64,000 bases of DNA, taken from assembly GCA_025786725.1 (NCBI GenBank), contig JAHLTZ010000019.1:124001-188000 (forward strand), given 5' to 3'. Below the pieces are notes generated by a model, which was not told the origin of the DNA, did not search any database, and saw only the letters and a program-made list of their open reading frames with translations. Every line of letters starts with the position of its first letter. Within the stretch, counting starts at the first letter, position 1. The translations under genes and the position numbers were made by a program. This DNA comes from Syncephalis fuscata S228. Its lineage: Eukaryota; Fungi; Zoopagomycota. This document shows, piece by piece, positions 27,487 to 40,989 of this stretch.

Positions 27487-27575
27487 TTTAATACACCAGT
27501 CAAATAACTAAATACACTGAATGCTTTATTGAAATGTGATGACCCTATGCCATAACAACTATTAAGCAGTGCGAA

Positions 27576-29384
27576 TTAATTGTATATAGCACGCTTTAAC
27601 GTAAATGACACGCAAATGCACAATACACAAATGCCATAAACGGCCAGACCACCAGCCATCCATCGAAGTAATCTCTCTTTTCTTGATAGTGTAACAGTAG
27701 TGGCAGAATCATCCTGTAAACCGGTAATTCGCCAGTAAAATAAGCCTGGCAAAATGAATGAAATAGTCGTGGATCCAGTCGCTCCAACCAATGATAATAC
27801 CAAATCTAGTTTGTTTACAGTGATAGCTAATATGTAACTAGCAATGAGAATAGCAATGGTAAGTAGACGGAACCGATGTTCAGATGAAGTGCCTGGTCTA
27901 GGTCCTGGCAATGATGCTTGTTGTTGTGCAATTATTTCCTTCTTCTCGTCTTCGTCTTCCTCCTCCTCTTCATGTTCGCTATCCGATGTGTCTATGTCAT
28001 TGTTACTATCGATAGCTAGGTAGCTAGCAGGCTCATCTGACGGTAATAGAACTGGCAGTATATCCTCATGTTCATTCTCGGTTGAATTATGAGCAATGCT
28101 ATATGGTATTACTTTATCCAACGATGCCCGACATGGATGGCATTGTAATGGGTATGAGAATATCTGTAGAATAACCAGAGCTGCCTGGCCACCGGTTACA
28201 AGAATGCTTGGCTTGTACATAAGAATAATATTGGGCAATACACGATTACCAAAGCTAAGATATCCCGATAGACCAATAAATTCATAGATGAATAAACCAG
28301 CCATCATTGAATATCGAATAACTTGATTAACATAGCGTTGTGAATTATCAACGAGTTCGTTATAGACCGTGAATATCTAGATGCAATAATGTTAGGATTA
28401 GCTATTAATATATATTGGCCCATCTTACGTTTTGATGGCAAGTAAAAGCAAACACAAAGATGGGCAATTTAGTAAAGAAATCAGTTGAAAATTTAAACCA
28501 TGGCAAACTGTGTGGATTAGGACGTGGTGGCAAATCAGTATTAGGTGGGATGGATTCCGGCGACCAGTATGAGCCCACGACCAATAGGAATAGATAGACT
28601 ACGGCCATAAGTGCTGCCAAACTGGTGTGTCGTAGTGAATCAAGGCGCTTAAGGAAAGAGAGTGGCGCTACCACCAACACCATAGCCAGTGTAATCCATA
28701 ATCTACGATCATTTAACCAAGCAAAAGAACCACCGCCCAACAGCGGATCCATTACTTGAGGCATTAAATCGCCAATAATAATCAAGTAAGAGACGCCAAC
28801 CCCAAAACACTTGATAGCAATGGCCAGGTCAATGACAGTAGCCGCACCAGGATAAGTTCGTTGGGCCACACGATAAAATGAAGCATCTCGACTGTGAAGT
28901 GTAGCGGCACAGCGTGATAATAAATAAAGACCGAATCCTGAACAACATGCACTAAAAACAATGAGAAAAGCGCCGAAAACCAGTCCAGTAGCTGCAATGG
29001 CCGATGGCTACAAATAAATTCATTTAAATCAATTTATATGTATTTAATAATGCCAATGCCATTATTGTAATAATTAACAGTGTATTGTTGTTATGGTTAT
29101 TATAATTATTATTGCTATCAACAATAGGTAATTACCATAGCAAGCATGCCTGCCCCTAAGATAGTATTGGACAAATTGATAGTGGACGATTTAACAGTGG
29201 CACTTGGCATTGCATCCCGGTAATTGGACGCATTATTTGGCTCTGGATAAGTGTCGTCGTCATCTTCAATATCTATGCCACGCTGATGGTGCAATGGAAC
29301 GGCTGTTAGAACGATATCATTAGAATGAATATCGCTCGAAATACTATCGCTTTTATCGTTACCCTCTGTATCTTGATAGGTCAT
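27576..29384 (-). CDS. Vacuolar amino-acid transporter, Avt5/Avt6-like (AAAP family)
   Basis: SSTINLSNTILGAGMLAM|P, DLAIAIKCFGVGVSYL, LDSLRHTS, PIFVFAFTCHQN, FSYPLQCHPCR, VGATGSTTISFILPG. Confidence 0.93.
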
Positions 29385-29649
29385 ACTAATATTTACTGAT
29401 AAATAATAGCCTACTAGCTATTCAAATAGAGGGAATATAGGATTCAACGTAGAATGAAGTGTGTTAATTGGTGTGATGACAAAGGTCAAAGAAAATGGTT
29501 AACTTTATAAAAGTGGAAACAGAATCTGTTTATTACAATATTTTTTAAAGAAAACCTGCCAATTTAATATAATTTTAATTGAATAACACTAATAATTGCA
29601 TTAATAGCAATACCAATAATAGAACAGTGGCAATAATAATAACAACCAA

Positions 29650-30373
29650 TCATGCAACGGTTATTTCTACTAACCACTGTGTCCATGCTTCATCTGACAT
29701 ATTGATACGCTGTAGTTCATTTAGTGCAATAGCTAATTTAACTGCTAATAAATGTTTACACTGTATATACATCTAGATTAATAAAATAGCCATTGCTCTA
29801 TTGATAGATAGTTACCATGGATCCTTGATTAGCTATAATTACTAAAGACATAGCTTAATATAACTGCTTTATCTATAATAAAGTAATATACGCACCACTA
29901 TGCATAAATGAAGCACAACTACAATAGGATTCATCGGCCAAGCATAGATATCGATTGCGTGTATTGCCTGCTACCTAATGGTATAATTAATATAATAGAT
30001 TTGTATTAAGAACAGTATACTCGGAATAACACACTTGGAACAAACCTCATAAGCACAGCGACCAGCTGAACATTGTCTCTCCATAACTAACATTATTTAT
30101 TATCATTAAACAGCATTATTAAATATTAGTGAATATCAGTATTTCTAAATAGTTTAGAACCTACTTTGTCGGCGATCTACAAGATCCAAGGCTGCAATCG
30201 AGACACGGTCAAATATTGAATGCAGCAATAGCAAAGTATCCTCCGTGACTATAATTGTCGTTTCAGTCTTTATTTACTGCTCACTATTACTTACGCGACT
30301 GTTCTGTTGCAATACGCCTGAGCAGATAGTCACTAAGAGTGTCTATGTTTATAGAGTCGAACAAAGAAGACAT
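29650..30373 (-). CDS. ZSWIM7: SWIM zinc-finger protein Sws1/ZSWIM7 (Shu complex); six exons, not in ORF track
   Basis: Hand-spliced: MSSLFDSINIDTLSDYLLRRIATEQS..TEDTLLLLHSIFDRVSIAALDLVDRRQ|IMERQCSAGRCAYE|VAGNTRNRYLCLADESYCSCASFMHS|VIIANQGSM|CKHLLAVKLAIAL...TVA*. It has the CxC...CxH SWIM motif and the ALDLVD signature. Confidence 0.85.
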
Positions 30374-30584
30374 CTTAATAATTATAAAAGTTACAAAATG
30401 AATTAGTCATCTTTTAAAAGGCCGTATTTCTCTTTTAACTATTGCCGCACTATCAATACTTGTTACTCTTGGCACGAGACGTGCGTATAAATCACACCTC
30501 TCTTACCAATAGTAAAGGGTAGTTTTGACGAGTATAGACTTGTAGGCACTGTTTTGTCATTCTTGTAGTATTTATTGTAAATCA

Positions 30585-33500
30585 ATGTCAGAAAAGAGTA
30601 AAATGATACCGATACCGGCCATCACGGCCACTCCACTTGATACATTAGCTAGTAGTTCCAGCTCTAATAGTAATAGCAATGGCGATTTAGAAGAAAAGCC
30701 AGCGTCTGAAGGCGTAGCACAAGAACACAGTGACCATCGTGATACTATGTCGAATCTTGGTGATAGTAATACTAACGATAATAGGATAAATACCAGTGTG
30801 GATGTAGCCATTGATAATCCTACATCCAATAACCATCCAATAGTTATTGATCTTTGCGAAGATGATACAGAAGATAGTAAAAAAGATAATAATACTAATG
30901 GTATTATTAATGAACCTACAAGCTATACTATAGACGCAATACGAGGCAATAACAGTGAAGGTATTGACTGGAGGCGTGGTCTATCCAAGTTTCGACTAGG
31001 TTCTGCACATCAATATCATTGCCACTCACTACAACCACACCTAATGGGCATGCCACATTCTATAGTAGATCAGGCCATCATAGAGATATGACTTAATGCC
31101 TAATACACAAGAGTAATAAGACCATCGCTAAAACGACCACGACAACAACTTTGGTGTTGGATTATAATCCAGAAAGCGGTGAGCCAATTCAAACTACAGA
31201 AGATTATTTTCGACTATGGAAAACGTTACGCGGACCTAATAAATCGTTAATGGCACCCAATGATATAAATAATCCAATAGATCTAGAACATAATGTACAC
31301 GCTCAGACAACATTGGCTGCTGAAGCCCGTCAAAGATTATTGGAGGGACAACAACAACAACAACAACAGCCATCACCGACTACACCAACTACCAGTCATG
31401 GCACATCGTTTATTACTACATTAGACAATAGAATGAATATTCAATTTCGACCTACAAGCTTTGCATCAACACATCCAACAATGAACTCGACATCAAAACG
31501 TATAATGCCAACGAATGTGCCTTTAGTTCAACATTGGAGATCAAATGACCCAAATAATCCGACTTCTGTAGTTATTGATTTAACAGATACTGACGACTTG
31601 TTGCCTTCTCCCTCTCCCTCCTCCTCTTCTACCTCTTCTGTAACTGCGGCTAGTTCAGATGGGCTAGCCTTTAAAAGTACAACTAATCGATCGGGAATGG
31701 ATGCAGAACGATGCTATGGCATGTTAATGAGCACAATTCAGCCATATACTAGGCAGGTTGGTGTGATACAGCCACGTTTTGATCAAGTGGTGTCAATTTG
31801 TTTAAATAATCCTTATCCCGCGAACGACCTGAGACCGTTGAAGTTACTATGAAAACGTTTAATTCAACAACGCAATGTGAAGAAGAAACACGTATTGGTA
31901 AGGTTAATCTACCAGAAGGTCGATTTTTGGCCAATGTTCTTTATGGCAACTATGCTCGATTTGAAGCGATTATTCCAGCTACTTCATGGATTCAGCCAGA
32001 TTGTATTACATTGCTGGTAGTGGTCTATGCCCATACAACAGCTCTACCATTTCTAACTGTATACCTACGTGATACTCGTCTTAATTTGATAAAGCCCAAT
32101 ACGTGGGATTCCAACATAGTTTATGATGGATCTTGTGCAAGAATTAATGGTCGACCTGCACTACCCGCAAGTATGCCACGATCTATTCAGCCAAGATCGT
32201 CATTGGGCTATGGGACTGCGCCGTCGCAGGAAGGAGCGTCGCCGGCAATAATGCAACAATTAGCCTATGGTTATCCTAGTAGCAATTATAGAGAAACGTC
32301 TAATACACCATCTTCATGGGATATTAGAACGACATCACAGTCTGTTCAAGGAGAATTGGACGAGTTTCTAACTGATCTATCTGGATATGAAGATCTACCA
32401 GAGACAGAGCCAGGTGGGATAGATGATACTGTTTATATTGATTAATATTAACTATCGTTGTTAATAGACACACGGTTAATTGCAACTTTATATCGACATC
32501 AGCGACAAGCATTGACATTTATGTTGTTACGCGAGAAAGACGAGCGATTAACGATCAATGGTCAACGAGAACCGGCTGGACTCTGGCGTCCAAGGACAAG
32601 ACCTGGCTATCGTACATGTTATGTCAGTGCAGTGACAAGTTTGCCATTACATACGCAACCGCCACCAGTATTTGGTGGATTATTAGCTGATGATGTAAGT
32701 TATTAACATATCCATTGGTATTATTATTAATAATACTTTATTTAGATGGGATTGGGCAAAACAATTACGGCCATTTCCTTAATCCTTTCCACATTGGACG
32801 AGTCTCGTGATGAACGTCGCAAGACAGATCCATTAGCGGGCGGCACACTTATTATTTGTCCTTTATCGGTCATCTCAAATTGGGATGAGCAGATTGTTAC
32901 ACATGTAGTGCCTAAGACGCTATCTGTCTATGTACATCATGGTATTAGTCGAGTAGAAGATGTGGCATCATTGGCAGGATTTGTAAGTTATACATTATAT
33001 TATTGATTGGAGTAAACGTTAATAGATATAATAGGATGTAGTAATAACTACATTTAATTTAGTTTCATTACATTATTCCAAGGTATGAATACTATGGATG
33101 TATATATAATCGATAATTATGTTATTTACTACAAAACACTAGGCTGTTAAAATGGCAAAGCAAGCCAATAATAATAGTAATGGTAATAATAGTAGTAATA
33201 ATAGTAGTAATGGACAAGCAATAGAAATTGTACCAACTGGACTACAACAAATTAAATGGTTCCGTGTTATATTGGTAGGTATCAGTGTATATTGATAATA
33301 TCGATTATTTACTAAAACAATCTAGGATGAAGCTCATATTATTAAAGAGCCTAAAACAATGTTATGCCGATCTGTTTGCAACTTTCAAGCAGAACGACGT
33401 TGGTGTCTAACGTAATAATAATAATAATTACAATTTTCATTTTGTCTATAGCTCACTAATGTTGATCATTTATTTAGGGGTACACCTATACAGAATAGAT

Positions 33501-35276
33501 TAACGGATCTTTATAGTTTAATCAAGTATTTGCGTGTTACTCCATTTGACGATTTTGGCCATTGGCGACAACTATTTATAACACCTATTCAGCGTGGACA
33601 TCCAGAAGCTATGCGTCGATTACAAGTAAGTATGATGTTAACGAGCAGTATAATCCAGTTTATTAATACTGCAACCTTGGTAGATATTACTGAAATATCT
33701 TACTTTAAGACGTACCAAGACTACAAAGGTGAATGGCCGGCCATTATTAGATTTGCCGGAGAAAGAAGATCGACGAATATGGCTTGAATGGTCGGCCTCG
33801 GAACAAGCTCTTTATGAGAAATGGGCTGCTTTGGCCAAAGAAAGCGTTGCAGAACAAGTAAGTTGAAGTGAATTAGTAGTTAAGATGAAGCAGATTGTTA
33901 ATTGGCTATTCAGAAAATGAATATATCTCATATATTGGAATTATTACTTCGGTTAAGACAAGTGTGTGTGCATCCAGCATTATGTAAAGATATCCAAGTG
34001 ACCACCGATGAAAATGATTCATCAACAGGTAAATAAAAAGAAAATATTGCAAGTAACTAATAAAGCATAACATTATAAATTTAGATAATGCACAAGCAGA
34101 GACGGATGAAGTACGTGCTGCTCGAATATTGGAATTACTACGCTCGATTGGTGATGATTTTGTGTGCGTTGCATGCAAACAGTTACAGATTTACCGGGTG
34201 TTTCTAAATGCCAGCACTTGTATGTAAATTGTCCTTTTAATTGTTTATTACTAATAGTATACATATCACATAGATTCTGTCGTACTTGTATTGAAGATTT
34301 GTCTAAAACAACCACGAATACACCTATAGCCTGTCCTAGCTGCCAATCTATGTTTGTAATCACCGAACTAGTTACTGCAGTTGATATGGATATTATCAAT
34401 GGACAAGTAAGTGTCAGTTGAATGATAACGAATATAGATTGGCCAATATAATTAATGCATTAAATAGAAAACAACGGATGTTGCATCTACAACAAATGTA
34501 GATAGTACAAAATTGAATGTATTATTGGCAAATCTATGTGAAGCACGTGTAAAATCTGATAATAGTATTAAAAGTGTTGTATTCTCTCAGTGGACAAAAG
34601 CACTTGATTTAATTGCGGTAAATAGTATGGAATTGTTAATTAACACTATCTAACAATTGTTAATAGGTCAAATTACTGCTATCAATTTAAATTTGTTCGT
34701 CTTGATGGTACGATGAGACGTGAAGAACGTACAAAAGCACTTCAACAGTTTAGCCAAAATCCAGAAGTTACCATTGTACTTATATCATTACGTGCTGGTG
34801 GTGTTGGGTTAGTAACAGTTATATATATTCATACTATTTGTACTATTTGAGATAACCATTGCATATAGATTAAATCTTACTATGGCACAGCATGTCTATT
34901 TAATGGAACCTTATTGGTAAGACTTTATTTATTTTATCTAAATTACTGCTAAATGCTAATATCCATGTTATATATTTATATTTATGTATACTATACAGGA
35001 ATCCAGCGGTAGAACAACAAGCCATTGACCGTATCCATCGACTAGGACAAACAAAACCAGTAGTTGTTACACGTTTATTAATCAAGGTAATAGACAATAT
35101 TTTACATAGACTATATCGATAATAATCTTTATAATTTTCAGAACTCGGTCGAGGACCGAATTATTAAATTGCAAGAATATAAACAAAATATAGCACAGAT
35201 TTCTCTGTCACATACTTTGTCGAGAGAAGAGCTTAAAGAACAAAAACGAGAAGAGTTGCGTCGATTGTTCCAGTAA
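30585..35276 (+). CDS. Rad5/HLTF/Uls1-family SNF2 ATPase with RING finger
   Basis: [19 protein letters not shown]|[30 protein letters not shown]3HC4 RING (CVRC...CQHL|FCRTC...CPSC), [10 protein letters not shown]|[27 protein letters not shown]-like segment lies near 31700-32100. N-terminal exon joins are uncertain (probable intron 31065-31111). Confidence 0.9.
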
Positions 35277-35414
35277 ATCTTAAAACTGTGTATGTGATCT
35301 GTAAACTATACGATTTTTACAAGTTTTTATTTTTCCACTCTAATTATCTATAATCACCAGTATTATTAAGTGTAATAAAGAGTATTATTGGAGAATGAAT
35401 TAATTACAATTAAT

Positions 35415-35482
35415 ACACACACACACACATTGATTGCGTGGACGAGTGTGTGTGTGTGTGTGTGTGTGTGTGAGTGTGTGTG
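35415..35482. repeat. Opposed (AC)n and (TG)n microsatellites upstream of eIF3c
   Basis: AC run at about 35415-35429 and TG run at about 35446-35482. Confidence 0.8.
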
Positions 35483-35696
35483 TAAAGTGAGGAACTTTTT
35501 CTTCAGCTATTATTTTTACCTTCTTCGCCTACTACTGTTTTTCCGGCATTCCACTACCTGTGTTGTTGCTGTTGCTGTCGTTGCTGTAGTAGTAGTGTAG
35601 TGGTAGTGGTATATTCATAGTTGGATCTCGTCTAGTCTAATTGCTGTCGGGATTTTATATTGCATCTTATTCTTCTATTGCTAGATCGTTAACACC

Positions 35697-38600
35697 ATGT
35701 CTCGCTTTTTCCGCGGATCAGATAGTGAGAGCGAATCGTCAAGCTCCAACTCAAGTTCGAGCTCGAGTTCCGAATACTCCTCTGATGAAGAAAGTTCGCA
35801 AAATGAGATTAGCGAGGAAGAACAGAGTAGTAGCGACTACTCTGACTCTGAATCCGAAGATGAAGACGTAAAACGCGTCGTTCGCTCCGCTAAAGATAAG
35901 CGCTTTGAAGAGATGCGTACATGCGTCAACAAGATTGAAAGTGCCCGTCGCACGAATAACTGGGTACTTTTGGCTACTGGTAAGTGTTGATTTATGAGTA
36001 ATCGTGTGCTTAACAGAACGGCTATTTGGCTGCTAAAATGTAACAACCAACTATACTTACCATACAACCATGATGTATATAGAATTTGACAAGCTGACCA
36101 AGACAGTCACCAAGTCTCAGAATGTAATTAAACAAACCGGTATACCGTCCTTCTTTACTCGTGCTCTTGTGTCTATCGAGGACTTTTTAAAAGAGTCCCA
36201 GGATGATAAGGAAGCGCGCAAGAAGATGAATGCCAGTAATGCTAAAGCTATGACAGCTATGAAGCAAAAGATCCGCAAGCACAATAAGCAATACGAGCGT
36301 GACATTGAAGCATTCCGCGCGGTAAGTAATAGTATTTATTGATCATTGCTGTCGATACATTAGTTTATTTATCGATTGTATTAAATAGAACCCCGTTTCT
36401 TCAGCGGAAAGTGCCGGTTCAGATGCTGAAGCTGAAGACGAAGAAGAGCCAAAGGAGAAGAAGAAGAAGAAGAAGGGATCGGCTGCTGTCCGTGCCTTGG
36501 AAGCAGAGGAAGGCGATGAAGACAACGATGGCTTTACAACAGTCGGTAAAGGTGGCAAGGCTGTTGTCTATACCACCGAAAATCTATTTAAGAAGCTGAG
36601 AGAAGTTATTATTGCTCGTGGTAAAAAAGTAAGCATTTAATAAATATTATAATATAGTATATATTAATGGTATTATATTATTTATTGGTATTATAGGGAA
36701 CAGATCGATCGGAACAGATTGGTGTTTTGCGTGAATTGTTGAAGGTTGCCGCTACTCCATTCCAGCAAATTCGTGTGCTTTTGGTATTGATTTCAACACA
36801 ATTTGATTATACACCAGGTGTTGCTGGTTATATGAATGTTGATATTTGGAAGAGGTAAGTAAATAAGATGTAATCATTAATGGTATTAATTAATAATTAA
36901 TTAATAATTAATTAACTATTTATTTATTTATTTATTTGTATGTATGTAAAATAATAGTACCGAACGGGAAATTAGCCAACTTTTGGGCATTTTGGAAGCA
37001 AATCCACAATATATTGTAAAAGAAGATGCCACCGACGCACTAGACGATGAAGCCGAAGCCAATGAAATTCGTGGTTCAATTGTTACATTTATTGAACGTT
37101 TGGACGATGAATTTACACGCGCACTTCAAAACATCGATCCACATACCACTGATTATGTGGATCGACTAAAGGATGAGAATGCATTGTACGCAGTTATTGT
37201 TCGTACACAAATCTACCTTACATCAAAGGATCTTGTCTCGAGTCTATGCCGAGTAATGAGCCGTCGTTTAGAGCACATTTACTTTAAGGTAATTTTATTA
37301 AGTAATAATATGCTAATAATAGTAATAACTGTTTAACTGTAGCCTGATCAAGTTGCCGCTATTGCAGAAAAGGCAGCCATTACACTGCTACCTAAACAGG
37401 CGGCTAGTGAAATGATTGTATATGAAGATGCTGATATTCCACGCCTAGTAAGCGAGCTTAGCACATTCCTTTACAAAAATGCACCACCTTTCTTGCGTAC
37501 ACGCGCTCTTTTGTGCCATATCTTCCATCATGCATTGGGTGGCCGCTTCTATAAAGCACGCGATCTGCTATTGCTCTCTCATTTGCAAGATAACATTACC
37601 CAGGCCGATATTAACACTCAAGTCCTTTACAATCGCACACTGGTCCAAATTGGTCTGTGTGCCTTCCGTCTTGGCATGATTAAAGAGGCCGAAGTGTGTC
37701 TACAAGACATCTGTGCATCAGGTCGTTTGAAGGAATTACTCGCTCAAGGCGTACAATATCAAAGGAATGCCGTTGCTAATCCAGAGAAGGAGAAGCTTGA
37801 ACGCCAACGCCAACTACCTTTCCATATGCATATTAACTTGGAACTTATCGAATGCGTTTATCTTACCTGTGCCATGCTTACGGAGATTCCTAATATGGCC
37901 AAGGCTGGCTCCTTGCCAGAGGCACGTAAGCGCATTAATAGCAAGCCATTCCGTCGTCTTTTGGACTACAGCGATCGATTGGCATTTGTTGGTAAGTGGA
38001 CATTTATTACCCGTAGTAGATGTCTAATTGTTTGCTAATCATAATAATGAATAGGTCCACCCGAAAATACGCGTGACCATATTGTAGCTGCATCCAAAGC
38101 ACTATTGAGCGGTGAATGGCAACAATGCCAAACACTTATCAAAGATATTAAGATCTGGGAACTTATGCCAGATCAAGAAAAGATCAAGACCATTTTGGTT
38201 GAGTAAGTGCACAAACGATAGAAAATACAACAACAGCTTTATTAACGATAAACTAGACGCATTCAAGAAGATGCTCTACGTACGCATTTATTTGCCAATG
38301 GCGCATACATTTCAACCATTTACTTGAAGGATTTGGCCGTTATGTTCGATCTATCAGATTCTAAAGTGCAGCGTTTAGTCGCTCGTATGATCTTTGAGGA
38401 AGGTCTACAGGCCAGTCTTGACCAGCCTAATAACTTGCTCGTCATGCAATGTGTCGAACCTACTGCTTTGCAAGCATTGGCACTAGCATTGGCCGACAAG
38501 GTTGTTATGATGGCAGACGATAATGAACGTGCACTTGATGTTAAACTTGGCTCGGATCGTCAAGGTGGCCAACGAGAAGGGGCCCGCGATAATCAACGTA

Positions 38601-38764
38601 ATCCTCGCAATGCTGCTGGCGGTGGCGGTGGCGGTGGTGGTAATGCTCGCGGCGGCAACCGAACAGGCAATCGCAATCCACGCGGCGGTGGCGGTAATCG
38701 CAACAACCGTGGTGGCCATCAAAACCGACCCCGGCGACAACAGCAACAGGAAGGAGCCGAGTAG
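35697..38764 (+). CDS. NIP1: Translation initiation factor eIF3 subunit C
   Basis: MSRFFRGSDSES, KRVVRSAKDKRFEEM, ERLDDEFTRALQNIDPHTTDYV, RQLPFHMHINLELIE, GPPENTRDH, PCI domain, Gly/Arg-rich tail. Confidence 0.97.
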
Positions 38765-38961
38765 TTCATTGATTTTTTATCATTAAAACCAAACCATTAT
38801 TGGAAGTTATTTCCGTTCAATTGTCTATTATTGCATTTATAACAACAGTATTTGTATCAAGTTGTTTATTTAATGTATAGAACAAAATAGTATATTATTG
38901 TATAGAACAAAATAGTGATCGATAAGATATACTTTTACTGAGCTTGTTTCTTTGTTTATGC

Positions 38962-40989
38962 CTACAAATCTGTTACAATGGTCACCGTCTTCGTGTCCAT
39001 CGATGCCCATAGTCGTGATAGCTCACAGCCTTCCTCGCCGATACGGCACCAGTTCCTATAGGTAATAAAGCTTGTTTGGAAAGGTGGCCCTGCTTCAATT
39101 CGGGCCATTTGAGTGATGGTTGGCGCGTTAAGTTGCATCAATCGGTCTTCAGGCATTGCGACATAGCCTGTAATATCCAGACCACGTAGTTCTGGACACC
39201 GTGCCAATAGCTTTGATACATTAGTTTGGCTTATAACTAGATTATGGGCAATTAAACCACGCAATGCTGGCATAGCCAAATGATTAAAGCCATTATGCGT
39301 TGATGGCGATAAACAAGAAATATCTAGTAGAAATAATCGGTTACCGCACACTTTAGATAGCACCTTTATGCATTCAACTGATAGATTGGGTGATTTACAT
39401 AGCCGCAATAGTTGTAATTGGGGCAATTGAGAAAGCCAGCCAGCAAATACATCTGCCGTCCTCACTTCAATCCTATTATACAGCTCTAAACTAACAAGCT
39501 TGGGACAGAATTCGGGCAATTCAAGCACTAGTTGGTGATATTCTCGCTGTCTATTAATGAATAGACCCGACTGTTGATCTACAATAGGATGATCAAGTAG
39601 TAAATGGCGCAGTTCTGATAATTGAAACAATTGACCAAATAAATGTCGTATAAGCTCAACCTGAGAGGGTAGATTACATGCAATGTGTTCCAATTCCTTG
39701 CCTGCTTCCTCTAATATATGTGGCAGATGCTGTTGATCCATAGCAAGGCAGTTGACCATTTGTAATGAACGTAGATTTAGACGGGAAACTACCTTAAAGA
39801 TGCCTTTTTCTGTAACACGGAAACAGTGTGAAATATTCAAATGTCGCAATTTTAGACAGCCAATATTTGAATCAAATGTGTCTTCAATATTTGCTGTAGA
39901 TGTTTTTGTATCTATATTGCTGTTGTTTTTATGATTTTTGTTATCACTGCTTGCTGCTGGAAGTACCGAACCAATAAGTGTATACAGTCCACGATCTGTT
40001 ATACGAGCACAGCCTTTAAGAGATAGCCAACGTAGCGATTTGCCGTGGAGTAGAGCAATCAGTGATAGACTGGCATCAGTTACATTAATACAGCCGCTTA
40101 AATCTAGGCGTAATAGTCCAGGTCTTGACCGAATACTGGAAAGGCAAATGGCCAGTGTTGTTTCAGTAAGCTTGTCTAAACCGGCAAATGAAAGTACAGA
40201 AAGATGCGACATAATAGATGGCAGAAATTGGAAATCCGTCGATGAAAGCATATGACTCAGTTCAGGCGTGTTATGCCAATGTGCTATATCGAATATGCGT
40301 ACTTTTTCATAGCCAAATGAGCCATAGCGTCGATTTGCCACCAAACTACGCTTTGATGACGCTTGATTGTTTTGTTTTACCCGTTTAGATGGTCGATTAG
40401 CTTCAGCGTTTTCCATTTGGCTGAGTAGAAAGCGCTGAAACTTCATAAAGGAGGATAGCGATGGAAATCGAGGCATACGCCAAAGTAGATCGATCCCGCT
40501 AATGTACCACTTCTGGCAGACTCGTAAAGCACGAGCAAGATTGCGTAGAGTTGGTAGTTTCTGTGGACATGGTATGTTCGTGTAAAGTAACCGCTCTTGC
40601 CAGCCATCGCCTAGTCGGTCATAGCCACTATCGTCAGCATCAAGACGTTCTTCGGCCGCCAATAAGTTGATAGGGCACGAAGGCGATAGGTGAAGCAGTA
40701 CTAGCCGCAGTATTTCGACCGATAAGTCATTAGCGGCGGGTGGCTGGCGACGCGATGGCTTACACTGCACACCACTTCCATAAAAAGAGCTGGAACGTGC
40801 GCGAGCTTGTGCACGCATATGAGCACGTACACGCGCTAGACGTCTTCCGGTTACGTCTACGTTATCTGGCATAGAATAACTGCCGATTATTGCCAGATGT
40901 ACCAAGTCTAAGTTGCTTGGTAAAGGAAGATTACTCGGAAAAAAGTAAGCAAAGAGTTCGTTGACAATAGTATAGAAAAGACTCAACAT
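38962..40989 (-). CDS. F-box/LRR (RNI-like) protein, intronless
   Basis: Split F-box (LSVEILRLVLLHL...ALRVCQKWYISGIDLLW) and LRRs LDLSGCINVTDASL, LSLKGCARITDRGL, LNISHCFRVTEKGI. Confidence 0.82.
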   Translation of the reverse strand: MLSLFYTIVNELFAYFFPSNLPLPSNLDLVHLAIIGSYSMPDNVDVTGRRLARVRAHMRAQARARSSSFYGSGVQCKPSRRQPPAANDLSVEILRLVLLHLSPSCPINLLAAEERLDADDSGYDRLGDGWQERLLYTNIPCPQKLPTLRNLARALRVCQKWYISGIDLLWRMPRFPSLSSFMKFQRFLLSQMENAEANRPSKRVKQNNQASSKRSLVANRRYGSFGYEKVRIFDIAHWHNTPELSHMLSSTDFQFLPSIMSHLSVLSFAGLDKLTETTLAICLSSIRSRPGLLRLDLSGCINVTDASLSLIALLHGKSLRWLSLKGCARITDRGLYTLIGSVLPAASSDNKNHKNNSNIDTKTSTANIEDTFDSNIGCLKLRHLNISHCFRVTEKGIFKVVSRLNLRSLQMVNCLAMDQQHLPHILEEAGKELEHIACNLPSQVELIRHLFGQLFQLSELRHLLLDHPIVDQQSGLFINRQREYHQLVLELPEFCPKLVSLELYNRIEVRTADVFAGWLSQLPQLQLLRLCKSPNLSVECIKVLSKVCGNRLFLLDISCLSPSTHNGFNHLAMPALRGLIAHNLVISQTNVSKLLARCPELRGLDITGYVAMPEDRLMQLNAPTITQMARIEAGPPFQTSFITYRNWCRIGEEGCELSRLWASMDTKTVTIVTDL

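Noticed and set aside
38874-38916. Direct repeat TGTATAGAACAAAATAGT (two copies)
   Set aside because: A local duplication between convergent 3' ends; only two copies, so not an array.
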